Source of the DNA: Malacoraja senta
Taxonomy: Eukaryota
Direction of reading: 5' to 3'
Length of the DNA stretch: 64,000 nt
Assembly (NCBI GenBank): GCA_038087875.1
Contig: CM075998.1
Coordinates: 4,404,001-4,468,000, forward strand
Positions 51,960-64,000 of the stretch are shown here, piece by piece. The notes under the pieces were generated by a model that made no database searches, was not told where the DNA came from, and worked only from the letters and a program-made list of their open reading frames with translations. The position numbers and the translations under genes are program-made. The first letter of the stretch is position 1; every line of letters begins with the position of its first letter.

Positions 51960-53060
51960 GGGTGGCTGAAGAAGCAAATGTAGGAACCACATACACTTCC
52001 ATAGATGAGGCAGGACGGGGATAGCTTGTGAGCTGCAGCAGTCCATTGCCAATTATGCATGGCATCTGTGTACTCCTGATGCATGGTCTTGAGGTTCTCA
52101 AAACCATCCTGACTGTTCCTTTGTTACTTTGGACACAGTCATGGCCCAGAGGTTCCCAGGAGGTGCACCTTTTCAGTGAAGCTTTGAGCACTTCCTTGAA
52201 TCATTTTCCCTGTTCATCTGATATCTCCTCCCATGACAGAGCTCAGATTAGAGTATTGGTTTCGGGACTCTGGTGCTGGGTATTTGATCAACGTTGCCAG
52301 CCCAGAATAGCCAAGTTAGTGTAACTAGAGCCTCCAATGCTAGGGGTGAGACACAAAATGCTGGAGTAACTCAGAGGGACAGGCAGCATCTCTGGAGAGA
52401 AGGAATAGGTGATGTTTCGGGTCGAGACCTGAAACGTTGCTCATTCCTTCTCTCCAGAGATGCTGCCTGTCCTGCTGAGTAACTCCAGCATTTTGTGTCC
52501 ACCTTCGATTTTAACCAGCATCTGCAGTTCTCTCTTACACACTCAATGCTATGGGGGTTGGAGTGGGAGAGGATGCTTATAGCAGTTGACTTATTCTTCC
52601 AGTGAATTTGGACGATTTTGTAGAGAAGCATTGGCGGTATCTTTCTGATCTTCAGATTTCTAGTCTTCTACATGCTTCTGAGTCATTAGAGGTTAGGATC
52701 ATCGTCACTCTCATTTTGCTCGCCTTAGGACCATTCCAAGCTGCTACTCCTGATCTCAGTCTTATCTCAGTCTTATCTCAGTTGGCTGCTCACAGCTGCG
52801 TGAGGAAGATCGCCCAAATGCCATGCTCAAGGAACGAAGACTTTTCATTTCCTTCAGCAACAGGAAAAATCAAAGCTGTCACGTGCATTTGGGGCATCAA
52901 GCTTCCACAAAGTGCATTTGGGGACTGGACTCGTGTTCTCACAGGCATGTCCCTGTGCTGGGAGTGCATAACTGTGCCCTCAGAGGGTGTTCGTAGCCTC
53001 CAGGCACAAACTTCCTATGGGCACTGTTCTTCACCATCCTTGAAGAGTGTTGCTTGCACT
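51960..53060 (-). mobile_element. Degenerate RTE-clade LINE (another fragment at ~41910-42320)
   Basis: LKASLKRC-SWE-L-HD and TLKKCNIHIDTWESLAH resemble RTE C-termini. Confidence 0.55.
52349..52540. mobile_element. Fold-back Penelope-terminal element
   Basis: gacacaaaatgctggagtaactcag...ctgagtaactccagcattttgtgtc inverted arms. Confidence 0.7.
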
Positions 53061-53084
53061 GTAACGTGTCCCTTATTGAATGCT

Positions 53085-54030
53085 ATTTATTGTCATTCAA
53101 GCCTAGGCTTGAACGAAATATCATTACTACAGTTTTTTAACACATTACAAAAAAAAACAAGACCCACACTTAACACAGTTTACATAAACATCCATCACAG
53201 TGAGTCTCCAACACCTCCTCACTGTGATGGAAGGCAAAGTTTTATCTCTTCCCTTTATTCTTCACCCGCGGTCCAGCAGTCCAACTGCAGCGTCTAGGTG
53301 AACTGGGGCTCCGATGTTAAAGCCCCCGGCGGACGATGGTAAGTCCTGTGGCCATTTAGCCACGCCGGGCGATACCAGGCCCGGGCTCCGTGTCCTTCAA
53401 ACCCCGCGGTTCAAGCAGTCCAACCCGCAGTCCAACTGCAGCGTCTAGGCGAACTGGGGCTCCGATGTTAGAGCCCCCGGCGGATGATAGTAAGTCCCAT
53501 GGCCGCCAACCCGCGCCGGGCGATGTTAGGCCTCGCTCCGTGTCCTCCAAACTTCGCGATTCCAGCGGGAGAAGTTGCCGGTGCGGGAGCTCCGAAAAGC
53601 CGTCTCCCACCAGGGACCTGGAGCTCCCGATGTTCCTGTCCACCGGGCCCGCAGCCGGAGCTTCCGAAACTCCAAAGTCGGGTCGCAGCCGAGCACCACC
53701 ACAGCTCTCCCCGCTCCAAAGTCGGCCAGCTCCGCGATGTCAGGTCCGCAGGCTCCGCGACTGGAGCCCTCAGGTTAGTCCCGGCCGGAGGCTGCCGCCG
53801 GCTCCACATTGTTAGGCCCAACGACATCGGAGATCCGACAGGGAAAAAGTCGGGTCCCCGTACAGGGAAGAGATTAACGGTTTCCCCAACATCCCCCCCT
53901 CCACCCCCCACATATACACAGCTAAAAAATAATAAAAACTAAGCTCAAGACATACATTTAACAAGACAAAAATAAATAAAAAAGATGGACGACTGTAGTT
54001 GAGCCACTGCCATTAGGCGCCGCCACTCCC
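53085..54030 (-). mobile_element. Unclassified GC-rich retroposon-like repeat with an internal tandem duplication
   Basis: Shares cactgtgatggaaggcaa and aacatcca-cacag with 30500-30560 and 62590-62650; ~75-bp duplication at ~53275 and ~53428. Confidence 0.55.
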
Positions 54031-54204
54031 ACCTGCTTAAAGAACTGGATGCAGAAAGTGTGTCCGTTGTGTTGCATGTTTATAATTGTGAGAAATTGTA
54101 ACATGACAATATGAAACAAAGGGCTGAAAGCAACAACACTGGGAAGTTCAACATCATTGTTGCCTGATAACAGCCCATTCACAGACTTTGCACACAACTG
54201 GAAC

Positions 54205-54590
54205 ATTGAAACATATAAGATTATTAAGGGTTTGGACACGCTGGAGGCAGGAAACATGTTCCCGATGTTGGGGGGAGTCCAGAACCAGTGGCCACACAGT
54301 TTAAGAATAAGGGGTCGGCCATTTAGAGCAGAGATGAGGAAAAACCTTTTCAGCCAGAGAGTTGTGAGTCTGTGGAATTCTCTGCCTCAAATGGCAGTGG
54401 AGGCCAATTCACTGGATGCTTTCAAGAGAGAGTTAGATAGAGCTCTTAAAGATAGCAGAGTCAAGGGATATGGGGAGAAGGCAGGAACGGGGTACTGATT
54501 GTGAATAATCAGCCATGATCACAGTGAATGGTGGTGCTGGCTCGAAGGGCCGAATGGCCTCCTCCTGCACCTGTTGAGTATTGTCTATTG
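54205..54590 (+). mobile_element. CR1 LINE 3' end
   Basis: ETYKIIKGLD...FSQRVVSLWNSLP...FKRELD; 3' UTR ends in tattgtctattg. Confidence 0.9.
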
Positions 54591-55351
54591 GAACAGTAAG
54601 CTAAACAGGAGCTTTTACGTTCTTCCAGGTGCTTCAGTCTTTTCCCCCGGTGAGCCCATATACACCAATATCACAAGGAGACTGAGGCCATTTTTCTCAT
54701 TATCTCTTACCCATGCCTCCTCTGTGTTCCGTAGTTCTGTTCTAGCTTAATTGGCTTGGTAGAAGTATAAATTGTCCCTAGTGCGTGTAGGACAGTGTGA
54801 GTGTGCGGGGATCGCTGGTCGGCGCGGACTCGGTGGGCCGAAGGGCCTGTTTCCGCGCTGTATCCCTAAACTAAACTAAACTAAAACTAAATTAGCAGCC
54901 TGCCCAGTTGATAGCACCGGCACTGACAAGCCAGCAGATGAAGCAATAATACTAGTTTCTGCAAGCCCATCCCACACGTGACTTATGACCAGAGGAAGTA
55001 GAGGCATTTGCTTGCAGGGCTCAAGTGATATATCATTCAACCATGACAGACCGTCTGACGGCAATATTTAAATGTCTGTGTCTTCTGCTGCCAACAGAGA
55101 AAGTACAGGTGAAGTGCATTCTGGATATGACCTATTTTTGCCTATTGATTTTGTGCTATTCAGGAGCAGGCTAGAGCAGTCAACTTGAAATTTGATCCTC
55201 GATTCACACGAGTGGCTGAAATAAAAGCATAGTATAAAGAAATGAATGAAATCTCACAATTCGTGCGCTGACAATCTTAAAGATTAACATTCTTCTCCTA
55301 TTTCACAACTTTTGTTTGCCAAAAGTCAAATCTGACTGTCAGTGCAAGAGA

Positions 55352-55487
55352 AGATAGACACAAAAAGCTGGAGTAACTCAGCGGGTCAGGCAGCATCTCT
55401 GGAGAGAAGGAATGGGTGATGTTTTTTCCTTTTCTCCAGAGATGCTGCCTGACGCACTGAGTTACTCCAGCTTTTTGTGTCCATCTT
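55352..55487. mobile_element. Fold-back Penelope-terminal element (tail interrupted by a MITE)
   Basis: gacacaaaaagctggagtaactcag...ctgagttactccagctttttgtgtc inverted arms. Confidence 0.7.
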
Positions 55488-55489
55488 AA

Positions 55490-55817
55490 AGCCCTGTCCC
55501 ACGGTACAAGTTCATTCCAAGAGCTCTCCCGAGTTTGCCCTGATTCGAACTCGGAGATTTACGGTAATGGCCGCTCGTCGGTACTCGGGGCTCTCGTGGA
55601 CATTTTTCATCATGTTGAAAAATCTTCACGAGTCTTCCCGTGCTTACCTGCCGTTAGCGAGTCTTCCCGAGTACCTGCCGTTAGCGTTACGAGCCGCTAA
55701 GAGACGTCCCCGAGCTCCGACGTATCCGCTACGTTCATTCTCCGTGCTTACCACGAGTTTGATTTTTTTAAAACTCGGGAAAGCTCTTGGAATGAACTCG
55801 TACCGTGGGACAGGGCT
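55490..55817. mobile_element. MITE, AGCCCTGTCCCACGGTAC variant
   Basis: ~40-bp TIR agccctgtcccacggtacaagttcattccaagagct / agctcttggaatgaactcgtaccgtgggacagggct. Confidence 0.8.
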
Positions 55818-56341
55818 ATTAGGTTTAAAGCAGCATCTGCAGTTCCTTCCTACACATTATGTCAGTGCAAGAGTTTCATTTTGAGGTAGCTGTGTTCTGT
55901 CACCACTAGGTGGTTCCTATGAGCATGTAATATTTGGCTTGTACTGTAATTTTCTCTCACTGATCTGTGCCATGTCGTTTCAGTATTGCTGTACATGAGA
56001 TAGATTTGACATAGACTTCAGATAGCAAACACCTTGTATAATGATTTGAGCAAAGTTTTTAAGAAGAACTAATAAGTAAGACAATGATAACCTATTTCCA
56101 CTAGGTGTGGGTAGGGGAGGTTGCGGCATAGGAAGTGGTCAGAGAGGATGGAGAGTGAGTGTGGAAGAGGCTGTCTAAAAATTACAGCAGACCTCGGTGG
56201 TGAAGATAGGAAACACTTTTGCACAAAGTGAGCTGTAGAAGTTTGTAAATGTCTTCTGTAAAAAAGCAATTGACAACGGATCGAGTGTTAGTTTTAAGCC
56301 TGACATTGACAGCTGCGGGGATAAGACAAGTGCCCCTGCAG

Positions 56342-56652
56342 GGCGGCACGGTGGCGCAGCGGTAGAGTTGCTGCCTCACAGCGCCAGAGACCCGGGTTCC
56401 ATCCTGACTGTGGGTGCTGTCTGCACGGAGTTTGTACGTTCTCCCTGTGACCACATGGGTTTTCTCCGGGAGCTCTGGTTTCCTCCCACACTCCAAAGAC
56501 GCACAGGTTTGTAGTTTAATTGCCTTTGTTAAAAATGTTTTAATTCTCCCTGGTGTGTAGGATAGTGGTGGTGTACTGGTGTAGGATGACTGGTCGGCGT
56601 GGAGCCGAAGGGCCTGTTTCCATGCTATGTCTCTAAACTAAACTAAATTAAA
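56342..56652 (+). mobile_element. HE1-like V-SINE, full length
   Basis: ggcggcacggtggcgcagcggtagagttgctgcctcacagcgccagagacccgggttc...(ctaaa)n. Confidence 0.88.
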
Positions 56653-56759
56653 CAACTAGGGATTGGTTAATAGTCAGCTATGATCTAATTGAATGCTGGG
56701 ACAGGCTGACGGATGTAACAGTGTTACTCCTGGATAAACAAAAAAATACATCCACTTAT

Positions 56760-57470
56760 ACCACATCCGCATCCGCCATGTTGTCAAAACATCATTTTTT
56801 CACCTCCGCAACATTGCAAAACTCAGATCCTCTCTCACACCCCCCGCTGCTGAAAGACTCATCCATGCCTTCATCTCCTCCCGACTGGACTACTGTAACT
56901 CTCTTCTTTTTGGAATCAATTCCAGCAGCATCAACCGACTCCAACTGGTCCAGAATGCAGCCGCTCGACATTACCCACACCAAATCCTGGCACCACATCA
57001 CCCCAGTTCTCAAAGAACTTCACTGGCTTCCCATTTCCCACCGGATCACCTACAAAATCCTGGTCCTCACCTACAAAGCCCTCAACAACCTGGCCCCCCC
57101 TTATCTCATTGACCTCCTCTCCCCCTACCAACCCTCACGGTCCCTCAGATCCACATCAGCTGGTCTCCTCTCCACTCCGAAAGCAAACCTCTGCACTTTT
57201 GGAGGCAGAGCCTTCTCCAGGGCAGCTCCCAGGCTCTGGAATTCCCTCCCACAACCGGTCCGAAATTCTGAATCCCTCACCATCTTCCAGTCTCGCCTCA
57301 AGACCCATCTCTTCACCTCTGCATGCCCTTAGTCCCATGTTCCCCTCCCCTTTGCATCTCTGTCTTACTGCTCTATTTTGTTTTGTTTATTCCTGACTCT
57401 CAATGTAAAGCGACTTTGAGTCCTGAAAAGCGCTATATAAATAAAATCTATTATTATTATTATTATTATT
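56760..57470 (+). mobile_element. L2-clade LINE 3' end
   Basis: HAFISSRLDYCNSLL, HITPVLKELHWLPI, RAFS-AAP-LWNSLP; AATAAA then a (TAT)n tail. Confidence 0.9.
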
Positions 57471-60400
57471 ACCTGAGACATCACTGATGTCAATAGACAA
57501 TAATAGACAATAGGTGCAGGAGTAGGCCATTCGGCCCTTCGAGCCAGCACCGCCATTCAATGTGATCATGGCTGATCATCCCCAATCAGTACCCCGTTCC
57601 TGCCTTCTCCCCATATCCCCTGACTGCGCTATTTTTAAGAGCCCTATCTAGCTCTCTCTTGAAAGCATCCAGCAGACCATTGAATGTCCACTGCTCTCCG
57701 ACCATTCCGATTCCCTCGTCCCAACAGGTTCATCTTTACCACGGACGTACACTCTCTTCACAACTCCATTCCACATCAGGATGGTTTGAGGGCCCTCCGC
57801 TTTTTCTGTGAGCAGAGGTTCAACCAGTTCCCCTCCAGCAACACACTCGTTCTGACTGAACTTGGTCTCACGAGGAACAACTTCTCCTCTAATCCCATTC
57901 ACTTTCTCCAAAGGTGTTGCTATGTGGTCAAGTAATGGTGCTGAGGGATTTTGTGAGGCAGAGGATGAGGCTGAGAGACCAAAGGCATGGTAACCAACGG
58001 TGGAGCAAACACCAGGGATTTTAAATGTATTACTTTATTTAATTAAATTTAAGGGGAGAAGGGTAAATTTAGCAGGCAGTTTGGCTATGGCTAGAGAACA
58101 CTGCCAAGTCAAGGTTGGAAAAGTCCAAGGAGGGATTTGGATTACAAAGTGAAGAATCGTACAATAAACCCATTGGCTTGCATATGTAACATGAGCAATG
58201 GTATCGAGAGGGAAAGGTCACGGGCATGAACACTCTTGGTAAGATGATTCACACTCTGGAAGTCGAAAGATTCAAAAAGCATGGGACAGGCTCTCGGCAT
58301 TCATGGAGAGATAATGCTGAGGCGGGCAATATTTAGCAGGAGGAAGAGGTTAGGATAATGGATTGAATATAAAATCCTAGAATGGTACAGCATAGATTGT
58401 TCCTATTTCATCCTATTTATAGTGCTGTCCAATCTGCAAGCCCTTATTCAAGGCCTGCAGATGCTTACTTACTTGTCACATTTGATGTTTCATGGGGTCG
58501 ATTGCTTACTCATTGCAAGAAAAATAATAGCAGAGCCCGGCAGCAAGATCAGCATATTGATTTATACCCAATACAGACTGCTCATTAATCAGTACGGGTG
58601 TCAGGAGTTATAGAGAGAAGGCAGGAGAATGAGGTTGAGAGAGAAAGATAGATCCGCCATGATTGAATGGCGGAGTTGACATGATGGGCCTAATTCTGCT
58701 CCGATAACTTATGAAGGTAACTGTTGTGGTGATCAGTGACCTGTCAGAACTTCAGAGATGATCGACTTCATTCATTTTTGAAATCAGGTCAGTACTTTAG
58801 AAGCTATCCTAAGAAATCATATGTATAAATTCATTGCAGGATAAATGACTCTAAAAAGGTAATTATTGTGGCCTTGTCAAACATAAGGTTCAGCACCGCA
58901 CGCTACCAATCCCAGTTGTATCGTTGTCTCCTTGTAGGACATTGATCATTCTTTTATTCAGGATTTTAATTCATGTATTGTGTTTTTTTTTAAATTATAA
59001 TTTATGATGCTTTTATAAGTGATATACTAAGATTTTATATGTACTTTATGATGTTTTTAATATGCAATGTATTTTTATGTAATGTTGTCCCTTGTCTGGA
59101 CCTTGAGTCCGAAATAAAGTTTATTATTATTATTATTATAATTATAATATGGTATCGCACATGGGTCAGCGATATTAAATGTGCCGTCAGGTCGCCAAGA
59201 GGTCGCCATCTTTCCACGACCAATGGCCTGCGGTACCTCAATGCCACTAATTCCAACCCATCCACTCCCACCCACAGTACTCTCCCTCCACCTGTTGTGT
59301 TCTGTGCTCCCGTCTGCAATAGAGAAAGAACAATTCCATGTGTGATAGTGGTGGCATTTAGTCAACCGTTTATCAAAGTCCAGTCGTTTCCCCTTCCCAG
59401 CCCGGCCCCTGAGTAAATATTTGGGTCATTCCTTCGGTTCGTTTTTCGAGAGCCAGGGTTATATGTCAGTGTTGTCGTGTTTTGGCTGCAGCGAGAATGC
59501 AGCATATTTCAGGAAGTACATTCCAAGGTCCTCGATTATCCTGGGGCATCACGGCAAGTGGGCCCAGGGTGGAAGTGGTAGTTGCTGCTTTATTACATGT
59601 ATTTAAAAAGCACTCAGCGAAAAAGGCTCAGTTACAACCGTTTGTGGAGATGAATTTGTAGTTTCTGAGCTGTGCTTCTGACAGCATCACGACCCACTCC
59701 ACTTATTACATTTTTATGATCATCGTGGTTACAGAAAGATGAGCAGCCAAATTCCCTTTTTTAAATATATGGTTTTCAAAGTTTATGCATAGGATATTCC
59801 CTATGGAGTGCACAATCTGTGTCTAATAAAGAGCTGCGTCTAGAGGCACACATCCAAAACCTAGGTTTTCTGCATTAACTTTTCCACGACCACAGCCACC
59901 ACAGTTCTGCTCCTGCCCAGCATGAGTCATCTACCTCTGCATTCAGAAATGTAATAATGAAATGTTATTGTTGGATTTCACTCTGCGTTCAATTTTGCAT
60001 ACGGCAAATCATTTCAAACGCAGAAAGAAATCTGAAGCCCAGACAGATAAAGATGGGAATGTGTGCTATATGCAAAGATGCTGGCTAGATATGTGAGTCC
60101 ACACGCACCCCGGCCACTCCCTCTTCTCCCCTCTCCCATCGGGCAAAAGGTATAGAGTGTGAAAACGCACACCTCCAGATTCAGGGACAGTTTCTTCCCC
60201 ATTGTTATCAGGCAACTGAACCATCCTACCACAACTAGAGAGCAGTGCTGAGCTACCATCTACCTCATTGGAGACGCTCGGACTATCTTTGATCAAACTT
60301 TGCTGGCTTTACCTTGCACTAAACATTATTCCCTTATCATGTATCTGTACACTGTGAACGGCTCGATTGTAGTCATGTGTTTTTCCGCTGACTGGTTAGC

Positions 60401-61238
60401 ACGCAACAAAAGCTTTTCACTGTACCTCGGTGCACGTTACAATAAACTAGGATAATAACTGGCATGATAAGAGTGAGTGTGCATTATAGTGAGTTTACAC
60501 TGTAGGTGGGTTGGCATCCACTATACTGCATGTGAATGGATATGTGCTTCAAATGAATAACTGCAGCACATTTGAGTGAATACATCATGTATATGGCAGG
60601 TTCTCTGGATGCTTTCAAGAGAGAGCTAGATAGGGCTCTTGAAAATAGCAGAGTCAGGGGATATGGGGAGAAGGCAGGAACGGGGTACTGATTGGGGATG
60701 ATCAGTCATGATCACAGTGAATGGCGGTGCTGGCTCGAAGGGCCGAATGGCCTACTCCTGCACCTAATGTCTATTGTCTATTGTATAACTGAATGTGCAG
60801 TCTACGTGATTGACGAAACTACAAGTAATTGATCACCCAGTATCAGAATGAATGAGCATTATACACGAATGAGCACCACGTCATCATCATCGGCGGTCAC
60901 TCGAAACGAGTATGACTGTCCTCTTTTGGGAGGGCGCCCGAGCGTGACTTTGTTTAACGTGGGGAGACTGGTGCACAGACAGCCACCTCACGGTTCTTGA
61001 AATCTCCGCTGTCTTCCGGAGAACCTCTGCCCCATAACTACTCAAAGTGGAGAAGAAGCATTCAGGATGGTATCGGGAGCGCTCAGAAGTCTAAGCCTGC
61101 TGAGTTTGGGGGGTTTCTGCCTCAGTTATATTGCTGGCATTCTGACGAGGGGGCTTGAATTATTTTCGGAGCAGCGCGAATGAAGTTCTACCAGCTGCCC
61201 TTGAATGGGCTAAACTTAACTCCTAAACCCGAGAGTAA

Positions 61239-61404
61239 AGGGCCACTTGGGCGTCATTTGCGCGTCACGCAGGTGGCGCGCGAAGATTTTGTACATCCCA
61301 AAATCCTGGGGCGCCGCGTGCGACCACGCGTCACTGCCTACGTCACCACGCACCATGATGTCGCGTAAATGACGCGCAAATGATGCCCAAGTGGGACAGG
61401 CCCT
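61239..61404. mobile_element. MITE, CpG-rich variant; left TIR has a small deletion
   Basis: cacttgggcgtcatttgcgcgtca / tgacgcgcaaatgatgcccaagtg arms; TAA on both flanks. Confidence 0.7.
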
Positions 61405-62264
61405 TAAAACACAAAGTGCTCGGGTCTGAAGAAGGGTCCCGAAACAAAACATCGCCTGTTCATTCCCCCCACAGCACTAAGACCTCCCAAAATACCACCC
61501 CAAGCCTCTCTATCATCCATTACCTGCCTCATGTGTGGAAGAATATGTGGTTCCCAGATTGGTCTCATTAGTTGCCTAGGAACACACAAAACCAGAATGA
61601 AAGCAAGTCATTCTTGATCCTATGGGAGTGGCTAAGAGGAACCGACCCATATTTTGTTCAAGTTCTGAAGAAGATAAAAAGCAAGCTTTGGCTGAGTTAC
61701 TGGTGTATCTTTCAGGTGTACACGTCGAGGAGGTAGATAGCGACTGTCTCGCTCCTCCCAAGTCTGTTCGGGACATCTCAGAGTCTGCATGAGAGAACAA
61801 GTACAAATCTGCTCCTTCAGCCTACACAATGTCTCAAAAGCAAAAACTGAAAACGTTGTGAATCCAAAATAAAAAACAGAAGCTGCGAGGAATGCTGCCT
61901 GACCTGCTGAGTATTTTTGTCTTTTTCTGTTTTCACCCCACTCTTGTTTTGGCTTCATCTCTCATTCCTCTTGATCTTTCTTGAAGTGTTTTCGGCTGGA
62001 TAAGAAACTGTCGCATTGCTATAATATCTGTCACTTTTGTAGGACATTGCCCCAAAGCATTTTACAACCAAAGTTCTTATCAAAGTTTGAAACACAGCTT
62101 TCATTATGTGCACAGCAAGATCTCATAAATAGTTTCACTTACTGCTGGACACAGGCAAAATTCACCTTCTCACTTTAATATGATTCTAGCATTCAGCCAG
62201 CACTGTTTATTACCATAGCACCTGTCGACATGGCCTAAAGTGGTCAGTACCAGTCGGAACAGCA

Positions 62265-62950
62265 TTTAGTTTAGTTTCGAGATACAGCGCCGAAACAGGC
62301 CCTTCGGCCCACCGAGTCCGCGCCCACCAGCGATCCCCGCACACCAACGCTATCCTACACACACACTAGGGACAATTTACAATTTTATCAAAGCCAATTA
62401 CCCTACAAACCTGTACATCTTTGGAATGTAGGAGGAAACCGGAGCACCCGGAGAAAACCCACATAGTTCAGAATCAGAATCAGAATCACACTTTATTCGC
62501 CAAGTATGTTTTGCAACATGCGAGGAATTTCATTGGCCAGGTCAGTCATACAATTAAAAGTAACGGATCACTCAAAAACACATTTTAACATGAACATCCA
62601 CCACAGTGACCCCTCCACATTCCTCACTGTGATGGAAGGCAAAATAAAGTTCAAGTCTCGTCCTTTTGTTCTTCCTCGGTCGTGGGCCTCGAGCCCCCGT
62701 TGACGGGATGACGGGATGTTGACTCCCGTAGCCGGCAGCGTTCGGGCCCTCCGCGTCGAGGCGATCAGCTCCCGCATCGGGGGGATGTCAGCTCACCCGC
62801 GCCAGGCGATCGAACCTCACGTTGGGGCTGGTCGAACCTTCCGCGGGAAGAACGTATAACCTCTGTACAGGTAACACCCATAGTCAGGATGGAACCCGGG
62901 TCAATGGCGCTGTGAGGCAGCAACTCTACCTGCTGCGCCACCGTGCCGCC
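62265..62950 (-). mobile_element. HE1-like V-SINE split by a ~380-bp insertion (62468-62845) with an (ATTCTG)n tail
   Basis: SINE 3' half at 62265-62465 and 5' half at 62848-62950; the insert resembles 30415-30630 and 53085-54030. Confidence 0.8.
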
Positions 62951-62965
62951 CAAAGCGTGAGCACT

Positions 62966-62966
<1 letters not shown>

Positions 62967-63009
<43 letters not shown>

Positions 63010-64000
63010 ATTTATTAGAAGTACATTACATCACAGCCACATACATTAATACTCGTCATTTATATCTTCTTACAATTAATGTACTCCCTTTATTTTTTTT
63101 TTTTACACTAAAGAAAGAAAAGATTGAAAGAGAGAAGAAAGTGAAGGAAAAAGTGCAAGTGTAGAAAAGTGTAGAAAATGTAACAACAAAAAAAAAGGAC
63201 GAGGACCCTATGAGAGCGAAATTAAAAACAAAAAGAAAAAGAGTTAAGAAATAGGCCCTAAGAAAAGAAAAGAGAGAGAGAAAAAAAGAAAAACAAATGT
63301 TTTTTTTTGAGCATCACGTAAATAGGACATACCAACTCTTCAACTATCATCCCCCCTTACCCGACCTCAATTTTTTATTTTTTTAAAGTACTTTTGCACC
63401 CTATGTTTGTAATAATTCTATAAATGCAGACCACGTCAGGTGGAAGTGATCTGGTTTACCTGCTAGGAGGAGTCTTATCTCTTCAAGGTGTAGTGTTTCA
63501 AACATATTTGAAATCCACATATTTATAGTTGGTATTGGAGCCTTCTTCCAAAATTTTAGAATTAGCTTTTTTCCAGTTATTAACCCATAATCCATTAATT
63601 TCTTTTGAAACACATTTAGTTCTGGATCATCTTCCGTTATTCCGAAGATAATCCATTCTGCTTTGGGTATCAGTCTTGTTTTAAATAACTTTGTAAAGAT
63701 TTCAAAAATTTCATTCCAAAATTTTTGAATTTTTGTACAGAAGACAAATGAGTGCGCTATAGTTGCTTCTTGGGATTGACATTTATCACAAATAGATGAT
63801 ACGTTTGGGAAAATTTTATGAATTTTAGTTTTCGAATAATATAATCTATGTAAAATTTTAAATTGTATTAAAGTGTGTCTTACATTAATCGAACATTTAT
63901 GTACTTTTAATAAGTATTCATTCCAACTTTCCTTTGAAATTTTAATAGCTAACTCTTGTTCCCAGTCTCTTCTGATACCCTCCGTAGATGGTATTTGTAC
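62967..64000 (-). mobile_element. L1-clade LINE 3' end with poly(A) tail, running off the window
   Basis: Minus translation has HRLYYSK...SICDKCQ...AHSFVFC-KIQ-FW (CCHC zinc knuckle) and KKLIL-FWK; long poly-T at ~62968-63001. Confidence 0.85.

Noticed and set aside
52602..53297. Longest ORF in the track (231 aa)
   Set aside because: It is antisense to a decayed RTE-like LINE and runs into another repeat; no protein motif.
53356..53942. Several overlapping 95-150 aa Pro/Arg/Gly-rich ORFs
   Set aside because: Stop-poor GC-rich repeat with ORFs on both strands and no recognisable domain.
56342..56420. tRNA-like sequence
   Set aside because: It is the tRNA-derived head of a V-SINE, continuous with the SINE body, and has no complete cloverleaf.

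Overview
This is repeat-rich vertebrate genomic DNA, almost certainly from an elasmobranch (probably a skate or ray), judged by HE1-type V-SINEs and shark/ray-type CR1, L2, Rex1, RTE and Penelope-like repeats. One complete protein-coding gene can be assembled by hand: a TMEM106-family gene, best matching TMEM106C, on the minus strand. It has 7 coding exons between 38601 and 7494, all GT-AG and phase-compatible, giving 786 nt and 261 aa. Most ORFs in the supplied track are spurious or come from transposons. The most interesting non-genic signals are: (1) a dense population of Penelope-derived elements carrying minimal type-I hammerhead ribozyme motifs, including a nested-palindrome cassette at ~33.6-34.0 kb with two tandem cores 152 nt apart; (2) a second CpG-rich promoter/first exon on the plus strand inside TMEM106C intron 1, a putative overlapping antisense gene; (3) a hAT-like element with an atypical 5-bp target duplication; (4) an AT-TSD element built from two inverted THAP-domain remnants, nested in another DNA transposon beside the TMEM106C promoter; (5) a MITE family whose T-N-A flanks often differ at the central base. 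All family assignments are from recall of consensus motifs; no database search was run.
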